A DNA stretch of 64,000 bases from Nevskiales bacterium (GCA_041622995.1 JBFJXR010000009.1:120-64119), one strand, 5' to 3'; shown: positions 53,301-64,000, counted from the stretch's first letter. The notes: generated from the sequence alone by a model not told the origin. Program-made: numbers and translations.

Positions 53301-55184
53301 GTGGGTGTCGGCGATATGGCCGGTGACGTCTTCGGTAACGGCATGTTGCTGTCGAAGCATATCCAGTTGGTCGCTGCATTTAACCACATGCACATTTTCC
53401 TTGATCCGAACCCCGATTCCGCTGTGAGCTTCAAGGAACGGCAACGCCTTTTCAGGTTGCCGAGGTCATCATGGACGGATTACGACACAAGCCTGATATC
53501 AAAAGGCGGTGGTCTGTTTGAACGGAGTGCGAAGCGCATCATGCTCAGTCCTGAAGTCAGGCAGCGTCTGGGTATTACGGCTGAAAGTCTGTCGCCCAAT
53601 GAACTCATCAGTGCCATTTTGAAATCGCCAGTCGAATTGCTCTGGAATGGCGGCATTGGGACTTATGTCAAAGCTGTCCATGAATCGAATGTCGAAGTGG
53701 GAGATCGCGCCAATGATGCGCTGCGGGTCAATGGCAAGGACCTGCGCTGCAAGGTCATAGGCGAGGGCGGTAATCTCGGCCTGACGCAGGCAGGGCGTAT
53801 AGAGTTCGCCATGAATGGTGGCTGTATCAATACAGATGCGATTGATAACTCCGCCGGGGTGGACAGTTCCGACCGTGAGGTCAATATCAAGATACCCCTG
53901 AACGTTCTGATGACAGACGGTAAGCTCAAGCGACCCACCCGTAACAAGTTGTTGGCTTCCATGACCAAGGACGTTGCAGGGCTGGTATTGAAAACCAATT
54001 ATCTTCAGGGTCAGGCCATCAGCAGTATGGAACGCACTGCAGCTGCACGTCTTGATGAACATGCCAATCTGATACGAATACTCGAACGCAGTGGCTTGCT
54101 TAATCGGAAGATTGAAGGCCTGCCTGACGACGATGAAATCAAGGAAAGGCATCATCGCGGGCAGGGGCTTTTCCGTCCGGAACTCGCAGTGCTGTTGTCT
54201 TACAGCAAGTTATCGCTCTACGAGGATATGGTGGATTCGCCTATTCCTGATGAAGACTGGCTTATCTGTGAATTGCTGGAATATTTCCCGCCTGCCTTAA
54301 GGCAGGAATTTGCCGATTCATTGAAAGGACACCGCCTGGGTCGGGAAATCATTGCCACGATATTGACCAACCTTGTGGTTAATAGAATGGGCGCGCCCTT
54401 TACCCATCGCCTGTCTGAAGAGCAGGGTGTGCAACATTCCCAGGTAGTTCGTGCATTTTACGAAGCGGTAAAGATTTTCGATGCCGATTCGCTCTGGGCC
54501 TGTGTTGAAGGTCTGGATAATAAGATCCCCGCAGCACTGCAGCTGCGCATGCATGAGCGCATCAGTGGTTTGCTTAAACATGCTGTGAGCTGGCTGATGT
54601 TTGATCGCACCGGCAGCATACGGGATACGGTCGAGCGGTACGGTGAACATGTCGCGGCGCTTGAGACACAACTGAAAACCTGCATGGCACCCACGTATCT
54701 TCAGGAATGGGAGCAAGTGGTGGAAAGGCTAATGGATCAGGGCGTACCCAGACCTGTTGCCGAACGATTGGCTAATACCAAGGTTATGGGCGCAGCACTG
54801 GACGTTGCGCACCTGGTTATTAAAAGTAAATTGCCGGTTGCTGAAGTGGCGCCGGTGTACTTTGCAGTCGGTGAGCGTTTCCATGTGCCCTGGTTATTGG
54901 GTGCGATCGTTGCCCTGCAGGTTGAATCCCGTTGGCAGGCGCTGGCCCGTGCAACATTGCGTGATGATGCCTATCGACTGCATAGCATTTTGACTTCACG
55001 TGTACTTGCCTGTAAGGGCAAGACGCCTGAGGCATGTATGCAAGCATGGGAAGAAAAGAACGTTCATCAGGTAAAATTTGCCTTGAGTCGAATTGAAGAA
55101 TTGCAGCATTCCAATGTGGCAGACTTTATGGGGCTGGCAGTCGCAGTCAGAGAGTTAAGAAAGCTGCGTATACTTAAAGACTGA
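50358..55184 (+). CDS. gdhB: NAD-specific glutamate dehydrogenase, large (~180 kDa) class
   Basis: About 1608-aa protein with a central GDH catalytic core (RGGLRWSDR...VPLGAKGGFV...AADKGTATFSD...GGSAGYDHKKMGITARG). AAGGGGGGA SD lies before ATG 50358. Confidence 0.93.
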   Translation: MPVTKTEKKLEALKASLVKRAKSLKSIRGSAAFFSFLELYFDNATAEDMALYFEDDLIVMAYRHWQMASKRKRGESLIEVFRPEKKKDGWMCGRCVVMTVTDDMPFVVDSITQAVREFSPGVDFLIHPVIDIERDKQRRITRVSRHGDLGAETAESFVHLQLDILSDDQVSDLSRRLENLFRDLSAVVQDWQPMNLKARSIIDELESTRKGVDTEQLEEAKAFMQWLCDHRFTFLGYCQRSVENRGRRNTYVTDKSTGLGLLRDELPKRDPDGYVAPAAELDKYAQSTRILVISRGNTRSWIHHPEYMDVISIKRYDDNGKVCGLHRFIGLFAMEAYAASPRMIPVLRHKVSKVMEMANFRPNSHAAKNFSQILDTLPRDELFQSSEEDLFEVASGIQHLRDHHRLRLFIRPDRYRRFYACMVYIPRDKYSRDIRHKINNYLCAVLKGESPEVSTEFLRRGLARIYYIIHTPNSTEKDTPPDTASIEQELLCLTRTWREEFHDEIFDCLSEELAFKAWEKLKDNLPTTYTGTVSPQVAVFDAGELMKLLNADGLSLRFVPHPNVENHFTLRVYTYNYSIALSDFMPTLENFGLRVLNQQPYEINCGEDYFEIQALELEWRHDNAGDKLSLCRRFEEAFLRTWSGEVENDGFNRLVLSAGLDWRQVALLRTVCKFLLQTGLPFSRLYMEQLLANHADITVLLFELFVLRFNPETKEEERTRKVKQKLKNLENILDLVSSLDADRVLRAFLGVILASERTNYFQTLDDGRPKPWISLKIASARVTELPEPRPLYETFVYSPNVEGIHLRGGKVARGGLRWSDRQEDFRTEVLGLMKAQMVKNTVIVPLGAKGGFVVKSGPSPSDREAWLANGIDCYKTFIRGLLDITDNLVAGKIVPPQQVVRYDDDDPYLVVAADKGTATFSDIANSVSEEYGHWLGDAFASGGSAGYDHKKMGITARGAWECVKRHFRELGKDIQKEDFTVVGVGDMAGDVFGNGMLLSKHIQLVAAFNHMHIFLDPNPDSAVSFKERQRLFRLPRSSWTDYDTSLISKGGGLFERSAKRIMLSPEVRQRLGITAESLSPNELISAILKSPVELLWNGGIGTYVKAVHESNVEVGDRANDALRVNGKDLRCKVIGEGGNLGLTQAGRIEFAMNGGCINTDAIDNSAGVDSSDREVNIKIPLNVLMTDGKLKRPTRNKLLASMTKDVAGLVLKTNYLQGQAISSMERTAAARLDEHANLIRILERSGLLNRKIEGLPDDDEIKERHHRGQGLFRPELAVLLSYSKLSLYEDMVDSPIPDEDWLICELLEYFPPALRQEFADSLKGHRLGREIIATILTNLVVNRMGAPFTHRLSEEQGVQHSQVVRAFYEAVKIFDADSLWACVEGLDNKIPAALQLRMHERISGLLKHAVSWLMFDRTGSIRDTVERYGEHVAALETQLKTCMAPTYLQEWEQVVERLMDQGVPRPVAERLANTKVMGAALDVAHLVIKSKLPVAEVAPVYFAVGERFHVPWLLGAIVALQVESRWQALARATLRDDAYRLHSILTSRVLACKGKTPEACMQAWEEKNVHQVKFALSRIEELQHSNVADFMGLAVAVRELRKLRILKD

Positions 55185-55207
55185 TCTATTTATAGCGGGA
55201 GTTTTCC

Positions 55208-56815
55208 ATGCGCCGATGGAATGGGTGGGGGGATGATAGTGTCGATTTCCCATTGAATGAGGGGGCAAAAGCTTTTCTGGCACAAAATCTGGGGCCGGGA
55301 ATAGCGCCCAGGGATGTTTCAAAAGAAGAAGCTATTGCCAAGGTGCCGGAATCGAAGCTGGACAGTTTCTCCGGGGCAAGTACTGATCCGCTGGCAAGAA
55401 TCAGACACGCTCATGGTGAAAGTTTCCCGGATTGGTGGGCACTGAAAACCGGTCGTTTGGGTCCTTTCCCCGACGCCATTGTTTATCCCGAATCCCATGA
55501 TGAAGTTGTTGCGATTTTAAAAGCCGCCAATGAACAGGGCTGCATGGTAATTCCCTATGGAGGTGGCACCAGCGTGGTGGGGCATCTCACCGTGCCGGAA
55601 ACAGATCAGCCGGTACTGAGTGTGGATATGAGCCGCCTCAACAAGCTCATGAATCTGGACGAGCAGGATCAACTTGCGACTATGGGGGCCGGCGCCGCCG
55701 GGCCGGATGTGGAAGCCCAGTTACGTGCTCGTGGTTATATGCTCGGGCATCTGCCCCAGTCGTTTGAGTACTCGACTCTCGGTGGCTGGGTGGTCACTCG
55801 TTCAAGTGGCCAGCAGTCCCTGCGTTATGGACGTATCGAGCAGATGTTTGCCGGAGGCCGTATGGTAACGCCGAAAGGCACGCTTGAAATGCCGACGATT
55901 CCTGCCATCGGTGCGGGACCGGATATCAAGGACTTTATCATGGGCTCGGAAGGGCGCATGGGCATTCTAAGTGAAGCCACGGTGCGTGTGGTGCCGGTGC
56001 CCGAGCAGGAAAACTTCCATGCGGTTTTCTTTCCGGACTGGGAAACCGCCAAGGAAGCCGTTCGGGCCATTACCCAGTCTGGCACCCGACTCTCCATGCT
56101 GCGACTTTCCAATCCGATTGAGACCTTTACACAGCTCATGCTGGCAGGTCATCCGGGGCAGATTGCTGTGCTGGAAAAATACCTCAGTGTTAGAGGTGCA
56201 GGCCCCTACGATGGTAATGATGGCAAGTGCATGTTAATGATCGGCATCACCGGTACTGCCAGTCAGTGTCGCTTCTCGCGTCGTCAGACACTGGCCATTG
56301 CTCGCCAGTTCAAGGGTGTACATACAGGGCGATTTATCGGCAAGGGCTGGGCCAAGAACCGGTTCCGCGGCCCTTATCTTCGCAATACATTATGGGATGC
56401 CGGCTATGCGGCCGATACAGCCGAGACATCCGTAGACTGGCATAAAGTCAGTGACTGCATGCGTGATATTGAAAAGGCAGCGCATGATGCATTTGCCGGG
56501 ATTGGTGAAAAGGTTCATGCCTTCACGCATCTTTCCCATGTCTACAATCAGGGTTCGAGCATTTACTCGACATTCATCTATCGGATTGGCGATGACCCGG
56601 ACGATACCTACGCCCGCTGGCGTCGCCTGAAAACAGCAGTCTGTGAAGTCATGGTCAGGTATGGTGGCACGATCAGCCATCAGCATGGCGTGGGTGTTGA
56701 CCACAAGCCATACCTGCCAGCCGAGAAGAAAGAACTGGGCATCTCCGCCATTCAGGCGCTTGCGAAGCATTACGATCCTGAAGGCATGATGAATCCAGGC
56801 AAACTTGTAGACTGA
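55208..56815 (+). CDS. FAD-linked oxidase, alkyl-DHAP-synthase-like (FAD_binding_4)
   Basis: RRWNGWG N-terminus, IPYGGGTSVVGH FAD-binding motif and C-terminal ISHQHGVG. Confidence 0.8.
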   Translation: MRRWNGWGDDSVDFPLNEGAKAFLAQNLGPGIAPRDVSKEEAIAKVPESKLDSFSGASTDPLARIRHAHGESFPDWWALKTGRLGPFPDAIVYPESHDEVVAILKAANEQGCMVIPYGGGTSVVGHLTVPETDQPVLSVDMSRLNKLMNLDEQDQLATMGAGAAGPDVEAQLRARGYMLGHLPQSFEYSTLGGWVVTRSSGQQSLRYGRIEQMFAGGRMVTPKGTLEMPTIPAIGAGPDIKDFIMGSEGRMGILSEATVRVVPVPEQENFHAVFFPDWETAKEAVRAITQSGTRLSMLRLSNPIETFTQLMLAGHPGQIAVLEKYLSVRGAGPYDGNDGKCMLMIGITGTASQCRFSRRQTLAIARQFKGVHTGRFIGKGWAKNRFRGPYLRNTLWDAGYAADTAETSVDWHKVSDCMRDIEKAAHDAFAGIGEKVHAFTHLSHVYNQGSSIYSTFIYRIGDDPDDTYARWRRLKTAVCEVMVRYGGTISHQHGVGVDHKPYLPAEKKELGISAIQALAKHYDPEGMMNPGKLVD

Positions 56816-56828
56816 TTCAGGGTAGTTT

Positions 56829-58424
56829 ATGTGGGAAAAGACGTGGCGCGAATCCCTGTGGGCATCGATACCGGAAGAAGAATGGGACATCGTTATTGTC
56901 GGCGGTGGTATCACCGGTGCCGGCATCCTGCGTGAAGCCAGTCGTGTCGGTTTGAAAGTGCTACTGGTAGAGCAGGGGGATTTTGCCTCGGGTACTTCGA
57001 GTCGTTCATCCAAGCTGGTACACGGAGGTTTGCGTTATCTGAAAACCGGACAGTGGCGTCTGACGCTGGAGTCTGTACGTGAACGCGAACGCCTGATGCG
57101 TGAATCCGGTGGGCTGGTGACTTTGCAGGGTTTTGTGACGGCAGTCATTTCGGGGCAAAAACCCAACTGGTGGATGATGAAGTTCGGTCTGTGGCTCTAT
57201 GATTTGATGGCCCGCAAGCGCAGATTCAAGACTTTGAGTCCCGCACAGGTATCAATGATTGCTCCTCGTATTCGAGAAGAAGGCCTGCGCGGTGCTTTCT
57301 GGTATCCGGATGCTCAAACCGACGACGCAAGGTTGACGCTGCGTGTTATTCAGGAAGCCCAGGCTGACGGTGGGCAGGCTGTTAACTATGCACGTGCAAC
57401 AGAACTCGTTTTTAATGACGGCACGGTCAGGGGATTACTCGTCAATGACCGACTGACAGGTGACGTGCACCGCATTAATTCAAAGCTGGTGATTAATGCG
57501 GCCGGCGCATGGTGTGACCGCCTGCGTATGCAGGTGGGTGGTGTGACAACGCTTCGCCCGCTACGCGGCAGTCATCTGGTGTTTGATTATGCTGATCTGC
57601 CCTGTGCCCTGGCAGTGAGTTTTTTTCATCCTGGAGATGGGCGCCCGGTTTTCGCGGTGCCCTGGGAGGGCAGTGTGGTTCTGGGTACGACGGATCTTGA
57701 CCACGATGGTGATCTCGATACCGAACCGCGTTGCAGCCTTGAAGAAGCCGAGTATCTGCTTGATGCAATCAATTTCATGTTTCCTCAACGCAAGCTCGGA
57801 CTGGAGCATGTGCTCGCCAGTTACGCGGGTGTGCGGCCGGTTATTGGTTCAGGTGAGAATGTTGATCCTTCGTCCGAGTCCCGCGAGCATGCTTTGTGGC
57901 TGGAAAAAGGGCTGTTGTCGATTACCGGTGGCAAGCTGACCACTTTCCGAACTACGGCCCTGGAAGTGCTAGGTGCTGCTTCAGAATTACTGCCTGAGTT
58001 GAAGCGCCTGGATGCCAATGCCCGAATACTTGCCGAGGTGAACCCGACTGTTCACACTGAATTAAGCAGCCAGGCAGTAAAGCGCCTGTATGGACGTTAT
58101 GGTCAATATGCCAGCCAGATGTTGGCAACAGCGTCTGGCGATGAACTAAAGCCGGTATTGAATACGCCGTTCCTGTGGCTGGAACTGCGCTGGGCAGCAG
58201 AGCATGAAGCTGTGATGCATTTGCAGGACCTGATGTTACGTCGCACGCGGCTGGGCTTTGTTTTAGGGGATGGCGGATTAGGGCTAATGGATAAAGTTCG
58301 TACGCACTGTCAGCCAGTATTAGCGTGGGATGATCGGCAATGGGAGCTTGAGGAGAATGAGTATCGTCGCCAATGGCATGCCAACTACGCACCACCGATG
58401 AGAGAGGAGAGTGCCAGTGCCTGA
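56829..58424 (+). CDS. FAD-dependent glycerol-3-phosphate dehydrogenase/oxidase-like protein
   Basis: [19 protein letters not shown]...[17 protein letters not shown], a GlpD-type N-terminus. Confidence 0.82.
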   Translation: MWEKTWRESLWASIPEEEWDIVIVGGGITGAGILREASRVGLKVLLVEQGDFASGTSSRSSKLVHGGLRYLKTGQWRLTLESVRERERLMRESGGLVTLQGFVTAVISGQKPNWWMMKFGLWLYDLMARKRRFKTLSPAQVSMIAPRIREEGLRGAFWYPDAQTDDARLTLRVIQEAQADGGQAVNYARATELVFNDGTVRGLLVNDRLTGDVHRINSKLVINAAGAWCDRLRMQVGGVTTLRPLRGSHLVFDYADLPCALAVSFFHPGDGRPVFAVPWEGSVVLGTTDLDHDGDLDTEPRCSLEEAEYLLDAINFMFPQRKLGLEHVLASYAGVRPVIGSGENVDPSSESREHALWLEKGLLSITGGKLTTFRTTALEVLGAASELLPELKRLDANARILAEVNPTVHTELSSQAVKRLYGRYGQYASQMLATASGDELKPVLNTPFLWLELRWAAEHEAVMHLQDLMLRRTRLGFVLGDGGLGLMDKVRTHCQPVLAWDDRQWELEENEYRRQWHANYAPPMREESASA

Positions 58425-59979
58425 TCAAGACGACATACGCCTGCTGGCGATCGATGTGGGCACTCAAAGTGCCCGCGCCATTGTTTTCGATCTGGATGGA
58501 AACATATGTGCCAAGGCACAGGTGCATATTGACCCCTACTTCTCAGAGCAACCCGGATGGGCGGAGCAGGAGCCGGATGTTTACTGGCGTGCTGTCAGCG
58601 AGGCCTGCCAGAACCTGTGGAAAGAGGGGGCTGACCCCGCCAGTATTGCCTGCGTTACCCTGACCACGCAGCGTGCCACGGTGGTGAATGTGGGTGCCGA
58701 TGGCAAGCCCTTACGTCCGGCAATCGTATGGATGGATCAGCGACGTGCAGAAAACCTGCCTCCAATTTCCGGGCTATGGGGCCTGGCATTCAAACTGGCC
58801 GGCGTTACTGACACGATTGCTGATTTCCAGGCGCGTTGCCAGTCCAACTGGGTGGCGACACATCAACCTGAAATCTGGTCGAAAACACACAAGTCTCTGC
58901 TGCTGTCTGGCTATCTGAGTTATTTACTTACCGGTGCCTATGTTGACTCTACGGCCTGCCAGGTCGGCTATGTACCGTTTGATTTCAAGAAGCTGAGCTG
59001 GGCAGGGAAAAAGGACTGGAAGTGGCAGGCCGTGCCCATGACAATCGAGCAGCTACCTGAATTGAGGAAGCCGGGTGAATCCCTGGGCGACCTGACTGCA
59101 GCTGCGGCAAGTGCACTTGGATTGCCTGCGGGATTGCCTGTAATAGCAGCAGCTGCAGACAAGGCCTGCGAGGTGCTGGGTGCCGGTTGTCTGGAGCCGC
59201 ATCAGGCCTGTCTGAGTTTCGGCACAACCGCCACACTCAACACGACACGAAAGAAGCACCTCGAGGTCATACCCTATATCCCGCCTTATCCAGCGGCATC
59301 ACCTGATGCCTATAACAACGAAATTCAAATCTATCGTGGTTTCTGGATGATTTCCTGGTTCAAGGAACAGTTTGCCCAGAAGGAACAGGCGATCGCTGAT
59401 GATCGCGGCGTTACAGCCGAAGAACTGTTTGATGAAATGATAGCGAAGATTCCACCGGGTTCACTGGGGCTTATGTTGCAGCCCTACTGGTCACCCGGCG
59501 TGAGGGAACCCGGGCCGGAGGCCAAGGGTTCTGTCATAGGCTTTGGGGATGTGCACGGCCGAGCGCATTTCTACCGGGCAATTCTGGAAGGTCTCATCTA
59601 CGCACTGCGAGAGGCGAGAGAAAAAACAGAAGCCAAGGGTAAAGTAAAAATTACTGATCTGAGAATCGCCGGTGGCGGCTCACAGAGCGATATCGCCATG
59701 CAAATATCTGCTGATATATTTAATATGCCGGCTATGCGACCACATATCTATGAGACCTCGGCACTGGGCGCGGCAATCAATGCAGCGGTTGGCTTGGGTT
59801 ACCACAAGGATTATGCAACCGCACTGTCGGCCATGACCCGTACCGGGGATGTATTCCAGCCTAATCCACAGTCCGTGAAAATATATGAAGAATTATATAC
59901 ACGGGTTTACAAGAAGATGTATCCGCAGTTACAGAGTTTGTACAAAGAGATACGGGATATCACAGGTTATCCAGCTTAA
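58411..59979 (+). CDS. FGGY-family carbohydrate/glycerol kinase
   Basis: [16 protein letters not shown] and the C-terminal GGGSQS motif. It overlaps the upstream stop. GTG 58417 has better spacing from the GAGGAGA SD and is an alternative start. Confidence 0.82.
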   Translation: MPVPDQDDIRLLAIDVGTQSARAIVFDLDGNICAKAQVHIDPYFSEQPGWAEQEPDVYWRAVSEACQNLWKEGADPASIACVTLTTQRATVVNVGADGKPLRPAIVWMDQRRAENLPPISGLWGLAFKLAGVTDTIADFQARCQSNWVATHQPEIWSKTHKSLLLSGYLSYLLTGAYVDSTACQVGYVPFDFKKLSWAGKKDWKWQAVPMTIEQLPELRKPGESLGDLTAAAASALGLPAGLPVIAAAADKACEVLGAGCLEPHQACLSFGTTATLNTTRKKHLEVIPYIPPYPAASPDAYNNEIQIYRGFWMISWFKEQFAQKEQAIADDRGVTAEELFDEMIAKIPPGSLGLMLQPYWSPGVREPGPEAKGSVIGFGDVHGRAHFYRAILEGLIYALREAREKTEAKGKVKITDLRIAGGGSQSDIAMQISADIFNMPAMRPHIYETSALGAAINAAVGLGYHKDYATALSAMTRTGDVFQPNPQSVKIYEELYTRVYKKMYPQLQSLYKEIRDITGYPA

Positions 59980-60015
59980 TTATTAAATATCAACAAGATA
60001 TTTAAGTAATTTAGA

Positions 60016-60498
60016 CTAATCTCTGAAGTTCTCAAACTGTAATGGTTGATCCAGATCTGCATTCTTTAGCAGCGCAATGGCTGATTGCAGATCATCACGC
60101 TTCTTGCCCTGCACACGTACCTTGTCACCATTGATCTGGGCAGAGACTTTAAGCTTTGCTTCCTTGAGTTTGGCCACAACCTTCTTGGCAAGAGGCTGTT
60201 CTATACCTTGTTTTACTGTGACGATCTGTTTTGCCTTGGCGAGATTGGCATCAATTTCACCTTCTTCAAGGCTGCCCAGATCAATACCGCGGCCGACCAG
60301 TTTCTTGTGCAGGATATCCAGCATTTGCTGAACCTGAAAATCACTCGGTGCGCTCAGGGTAATGATGAATTCATTTAGGTCAAATTCAGCTTCTACGCCT
60401 TTGAAGTCAAAGCGTTTTTCAAGTTCTCTATTGGCCTGATCCACGGCATTGCTCAGTTCGTGGGCATCTACTTCAGAAACGATGTCAAAGGTTGGCAT
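60016..60498 (-). CDS. yajQ: YajQ-family nucleotide (cyclic-di-GMP) binding protein
   Basis: 160-aa protein MPTFDIVSEVD...NAVDQANRE...RFDFKG. The track ORF is extended upstream. Confidence 0.92.
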   Translation of the reverse strand: MPTFDIVSEVDAHELSNAVDQANRELEKRFDFKGVEAEFDLNEFIITLSAPSDFQVQQMLDILHKKLVGRGIDLGSLEEGEIDANLAKAKQIVTVKQGIEQPLAKKVVAKLKEAKLKVSAQINGDKVRVQGKKRDDLQSAIALLKNADLDQPLQFENFRD

Positions 60499-60554
60499 AA
60501 CGGATATCCAGTCAAATCTATAAATCAATAAAGGGTGAGGGTCATCATAAAGCT

Positions 60555-61316
60555 TCAGGTTTTCAGACGATAGCCGGTTTTGAAAATCCACCACACTGCG
60601 GTAATGCACAATGCCAGGAATATAAAGGTCATACCTACGCTGATATAGATATTCACATCCGACACGCCGTAGAAGCTCCAGCGGAATCCACTGATTAAAT
60701 AAACCACCGGATTGAACAGGGTAATTTTCTGCCAGATGGGAGGCAACATGCTGATGGAATAGAAACTGCCGCCCAGGAAAGTCAATGGCGTCACGATCAT
60801 CATGGGGATGATCTGCAGTTTCTCGAAGCCGTCTGCCCAGATACCAATGATGAAACCAAACAGGCTGAAAGTGACTGCGGTGAGCACGAGAAAGCCAAGC
60901 ATCCAGAACGGATGCTGGATTTCGTAATCCACAAATATTCTTGCGGTGGCGAGGATCAGCAGGCCGAGAATAATCGACTTGCTGGCGGCGGCACCGACAT
61001 AGCCCATCACAATTTCGAACGCTGATACCGGTGCAGACAGCACTTCATAGATCGTGCCTGAGAATTTGGGGAAGTAAATTCCGAAGGATGCGTTCGAAAT
61101 ACTTTCATTCAGCAGCGACAGCATGATTAGCCCGGGAATAATGAATGCCCCATAACTCACGCCGTCAATCTCGACCATGCGTGAACCGATCGCTGCACCA
61201 AATACCACGAAGTAAAGTGAGGTCGACATGACGGGTGAGGCAATGCTCTGCATGAGTGTGCGAGCAGTGCGGGCCATTTCAAATTTGTATATGGCCTTGA
61301 TGGCGTAGTAATTCAT
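60555..61316 (-). CDS. yadH: ABC-2 type transporter permease (YadH-like)
   Basis: Aligns with E. coli YadH (LYFVVFG..IGSR...PGLIM...[12 protein letters not shown]...LP..WQ....NP.VY.ISGFR). ATGA overlaps the upstream ATPase stop. Confidence 0.85.
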   Translation of the reverse strand: MNYYAIKAIYKFEMARTARTLMQSIASPVMSTSLYFVVFGAAIGSRMVEIDGVSYGAFIIPGLIMLSLLNESISNASFGIYFPKFSGTIYEVLSAPVSAFEIVMGYVGAAASKSIILGLLILATARIFVDYEIQHPFWMLGFLVLTAVTFSLFGFIIGIWADGFEKLQIIPMMIVTPLTFLGGSFYSISMLPPIWQKITLFNPVVYLISGFRWSFYGVSDVNIYISVGMTFIFLALCITAVWWIFKTGYRLKT

Positions 61317-62239
61317 GCTTGCTCCCTCACCAGGCTGACGAATATTTCTTCCAGTGAGCTTTCACTGGAATGCACGTCCTTGAAATCGATGCCCTGTTTA
61401 TGGAGCTGACGCATGAGCCTGGCGATGCCGGTTTCATCGCTTTGCGTATCGTAGGTATACACAAGGGTGTTGCCTTCGTTGGTGAGTTCCAGTGGTTCGC
61501 CTGCCAATTCCTCAGGCAGGGATTCGAGTGCATTCTGCAGATGCAGCTTGAGCTGCTTCTTGCCCAGCTTCTGCATCAGTTGAGTTTTGTCTTCGACGAG
61601 GATGACTTCGCCCTTGCGAATGACGCCGATGCGATCCGCCATTTCTTCGGCTTCCTCGATGTAGTGCGTGGTCAGAATGATGGTCACGCCACTTTCACGC
61701 AGCTCACGTACCATTTCCCACATATCTTGACGCAGTTCGACATCTACACCCGCGGTGGGCTCGTCCAGAAACAGAATCTTGGGTTCATGTGAGAGAGCCT
61801 TGGCGATCAGCACTCGACGCTTCATGCCACCGGAAAGTTCGAGTATGCGAGTGTCTTTTTTATCCCACAGTGAGAGCTGCTTTAATACTTTCTCGATATG
61901 AGCCGGGTTTTTGGGCTTGCCAAACAGACCACGGCTCAGGGTGACTGTATTCCAAACACTTTCAAATGAGTCAGTCGTCAGTTCCTGTGGCACTAGTCCG
62001 ATGGTTGAGCGGGCCGCACGGTAATCCTTGATGATGTCATGGCCATCCGCCGTAACCGTACCTGAGCTCGGGTTAACTATTCCACAGATGATACTTATTA
62101 GCGTGGTCTTGCCGGCTCCATTCGGGCCGAGCAGGGCGAATATTTCGCCACGCCGAATTTCCAGATCGACATTCTTCAGGGCGACAAAACCGGAGTCATA
62201 GGTTTTGTTCAGGCCTTTTACATTAATTATTGATGGCAC
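61313..62239 (-). CDS. yadG: ABC transporter ATP-binding protein (YadG-like)
   Basis: Walker [10 protein letters not shown], signature LSGGMKRR and Walker [12 protein letters not shown] 62239 has GGGAGA 8 nt upstream. The longer track ORF would overlap zapE. Confidence 0.88.
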   Translation of the reverse strand: MPSIINVKGLNKTYDSGFVALKNVDLEIRRGEIFALLGPNGAGKTTLISIICGIVNPSSGTVTADGHDIIKDYRAARSTIGLVPQELTTDSFESVWNTVTLSRGLFGKPKNPAHIEKVLKQLSLWDKKDTRILELSGGMKRRVLIAKALSHEPKILFLDEPTAGVDVELRQDMWEMVRELRESGVTIILTTHYIEEAEEMADRIGVIRKGEVILVEDKTQLMQKLGKKQLKLHLQNALESLPEELAGEPLELTNEGNTLVYTYDTQSDETGIARLMRQLHKQGIDFKDVHSSESSLEEIFVSLVREQA

Positions 62240-62273
62240 GGTAATTTTTCTCCCTGCGAATAAACGACCATAG

Positions 62274-63395
62274 TTAATTATTTTCCCAACTAAGGTGTGG
62301 ACGCGCCAGGTATTCCACCGACTGCATCTCCTGCAATCGGCTAATTGTGCGTCTGAACTCGAATTCAAGCTTCTTGCCAGAGTAAAGTGTTTCCAGGGAT
62401 TCGGCTGCCGATACAATCAGTTTGACGTTGTGATCGTAAAATTCATCCACTAGCGTAATGAAACGTCGGGCCTCATTTTCAAGTTCCCAGGTCAAGGGCG
62501 GTACTTTGGATAAAAGGATGGTCTGATAGCAGCGAGCCAGTTCTGTGTAATCTGCTGAGCCGCGTGGTCCGGTACATAGCGCATCGAAATCAAACCAGGC
62601 CACGCCATCGGCCAGATGCCGGGTCGGGATTTCTCGACCGTGCAATTTCAGTGGTTCATTTTTGCGTCCGAGGTTGGGCGCAATGTCCCGGAAATAGCCT
62701 TCAAGATTTTCTTCGGCCTGGTCATCCAGTGGATAGTGATAAATCTCGGCCTGCTCCAATACGCGGAAACGGTAGTCGGCACCGCCGTCCACTTCCAGCA
62801 CACTGCAATGCTGCTTGATGCGTTCAATCGCGGGCATGAAACGCTCACGTTGCAGGCCGTCCTTATACAGGCCGTCCGGTTCTATATTCGAGGTGGCCAC
62901 AATCGTGATGCCATGATTAAACAGGCATTCAGTCAGGCGGCCGAGAATCATGGCATCAGCAATATCCGAAACGAAAAATTCGTCAAAGCACAGTACGCGT
63001 GTTTCGTCAGCGATGTCAGCGGCAATTTTTACCAGCGGATCCTGTTCGTTTTGATAAGCCTGTCGCCGCTCATGAACGTCCTGCATAAAGCGATGGAAAT
63101 GAGTGCGTTCTTTCTTCGAAAAGGGCAGAGCCTCAAAGAAACAGTCCATTAAATAGGTTTTGCCCCGACCAACACCACCCCACATATACAGCCCGGTAAC
63201 GGGCGGCCATTGCATGCTGTTGCGTGAGCGCAGCCCAAGACGGCGCGTGGGCTTGCGGCTAATCAGTTGCTCATAGACTTCCTGCAGGTTTTCAATCGCA
63301 CGCGCCTGAGCGGCATCTCGCTGGAAGTCATCCGACTTCAGGTCGGCTTCATAGCGCGCCTGTGGTGAGAGCTGGATGTCATCGGACATAAGCAT
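62274..63395 (-). CDS. zapE: cell division protein ZapE (AFG1-like ATPase)
   Basis: [17 protein letters not shown] Walker A and [11 protein letters not shown] Walker B. Confidence 0.9.
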   Translation of the reverse strand: MLMSDDIQLSPQARYEADLKSDDFQRDAAQARAIENLQEVYEQLISRKPTRRLGLRSRNSMQWPPVTGLYMWGGVGRGKTYLMDCFFEALPFSKKERTHFHRFMQDVHERRQAYQNEQDPLVKIAADIADETRVLCFDEFFVSDIADAMILGRLTECLFNHGITIVATSNIEPDGLYKDGLQRERFMPAIERIKQHCSVLEVDGGADYRFRVLEQAEIYHYPLDDQAEENLEGYFRDIAPNLGRKNEPLKLHGREIPTRHLADGVAWFDFDALCTGPRGSADYTELARCYQTILLSKVPPLTWELENEARRFITLVDEFYDHNVKLIVSAAESLETLYSGKKLEFEFRRTISRLQEMQSVEYLARPHLSWENN

Positions 63396-63519
63396 GCAAC
63401 TGAACAGAGATTGATTAGGGTCGTTATTATACGTGCTCCCTCTTTAGTTAAGGGGATGGGCATTTGTGGTAACCATTACGCAGGGCATCAACGAGTTTGG
63501 GCAAGAGACTGAAAGCATC

Positions 63520-64000
63520 GTGAGCAATAGTGCACAGACAGATATCAGCAATGAGGAAGAGGCGTTAATCGAACGCTTTGCCGATGCTATCTGGGCAGAG
63601 CGTGGACTGTCGGACAAAACGCTCGAAGCCTACCGACGTGACCTGAGTCAGTGGGCACTGTGGCTGGACAAACGCGGGGTAACGCTTACGCAGGCCAGTC
63701 AGGCGGATTTACTGGGATACATCAGTGACCGTTTCAGTCAGGTGGCGGCACGTACGGCAGCACGTTGCCTGTCCAGCTTGCGGCGTTTCTATCGCTATGC
63801 TCTGCGCGTGGGATGGGTGAGCGATGATCCAACCCAGGACATCAGCTCACCACGATTGCCTCGTCCACTGCCCCAAACGCTGAATGAAACCGATGTGGAA
63901 GCGTTACTGGAAGCGCCAGATACCCAAACCGCGCTGGGCATGCGGGATCGCGCCATGCTCGAAGTACTGTATGCCACGGGATTGCGAGTGACAGAACTGG
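63520..64000 (+). CDS. xerD: site-specific tyrosine recombinase XerD, N-terminal part (runs off the window)
   Basis: LIERFADAIWAERGLSDKTLEAYRRDLSQW...MRDRAMLEVLYATGLRVTEL aligns with E. coli XerD. The start is uncertain (GTG 63520 or GTG 63466). Confidence 0.88.
   Translation, partial: MSNSAQTDISNEEEALIERFADAIWAERGLSDKTLEAYRRDLSQWALWLDKRGVTLTQASQADLLGYISDRFSQVAARTAARCLSSLRRFYRYALRVGWVSDDPTQDISSPRLPRPLPQTLNETDVEALLEAPDTQTALGMRDRAMLEVLYATGLRVTEL

Noticed and set aside
62240-62416. N-terminal 59-aa extension of the ABC ATPase ORF.
   Set aside because: It would overlap the 3' end of zapE by about 140 nt. GTG 62239 has a GGGAGA SD and yields the expected 308-aa YadG-size protein.

Overview
This 64-kb chromosomal window looks like it comes from a marine, lipid- or hydrocarbon-degrading gammaproteobacterium. 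The taxon is a guess from gene content only. No rRNA, CRISPR array, transposase, reverse transcriptase or island integrase was seen. The only recombinase is housekeeping xerD at the right edge.

Backbone genes:
- Heat-shock pair hsp20 and clpB, each with a readable sigma32-type promoter.
- tRNA-Arg(CCU).
- LOG-family, YjbQ and DUF2064 genes.
- A large beta-oxidation supercluster at 17.5-31.4 kb: two acyl-CoA dehydrogenases, a desaturase, AraC and TetR regulators, a thiolase, FadB-like and FadE-like genes, and an RND/MMPL-type exporter.
- A second lipid block at 44.8-49.1 kb: an enoyl-CoA hydratase and two acyl-CoA ligases.
- maiA, the giant NAD-glutamate dehydrogenase gdhB, and an AGPS-like oxidase / GlpD-like / FGGY-kinase trio.
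- yajQ, yadHG, zapE and xerD.

Accessory content is dominated by unusual envelope and surface proteins:
1. A roughly 1590-aa NHL/Calx-beta/cadherin-like adhesin. Its C-terminus is a hydrophobic hairpin containing an internal lipobox.
2. Two paralogous lipoproteins of an unrecognised family, plus a Cys-rich six-repeat lipoprotein next to tRNA-Arg. All three share a G-x-P-[LI]-D motif.
3. A 32.7-41.2 kb region punctuated by three direct tRNA-Met 3' fragments. It carries higBA, a ~990-aa beta-helix/Calx-beta protein with a collagen-like tail and a C-terminal sorting signal, and a TetR-controlled operon of a lipoprotein plus two collagen-like paralogues. The operon is my best candidate for an undescribed surface-fibre system.

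Other notable observations:
- A ~110-nt palindromic repeat family with two full copies and one related core inside a tRNA fragment.
- A decayed duplicate of the fadE 3' end lying downstream of the RND gene.
- A doubly disrupted TetR pseudogene.

All calls rest on reading the sequence and on remembered family motifs. No database search was run.
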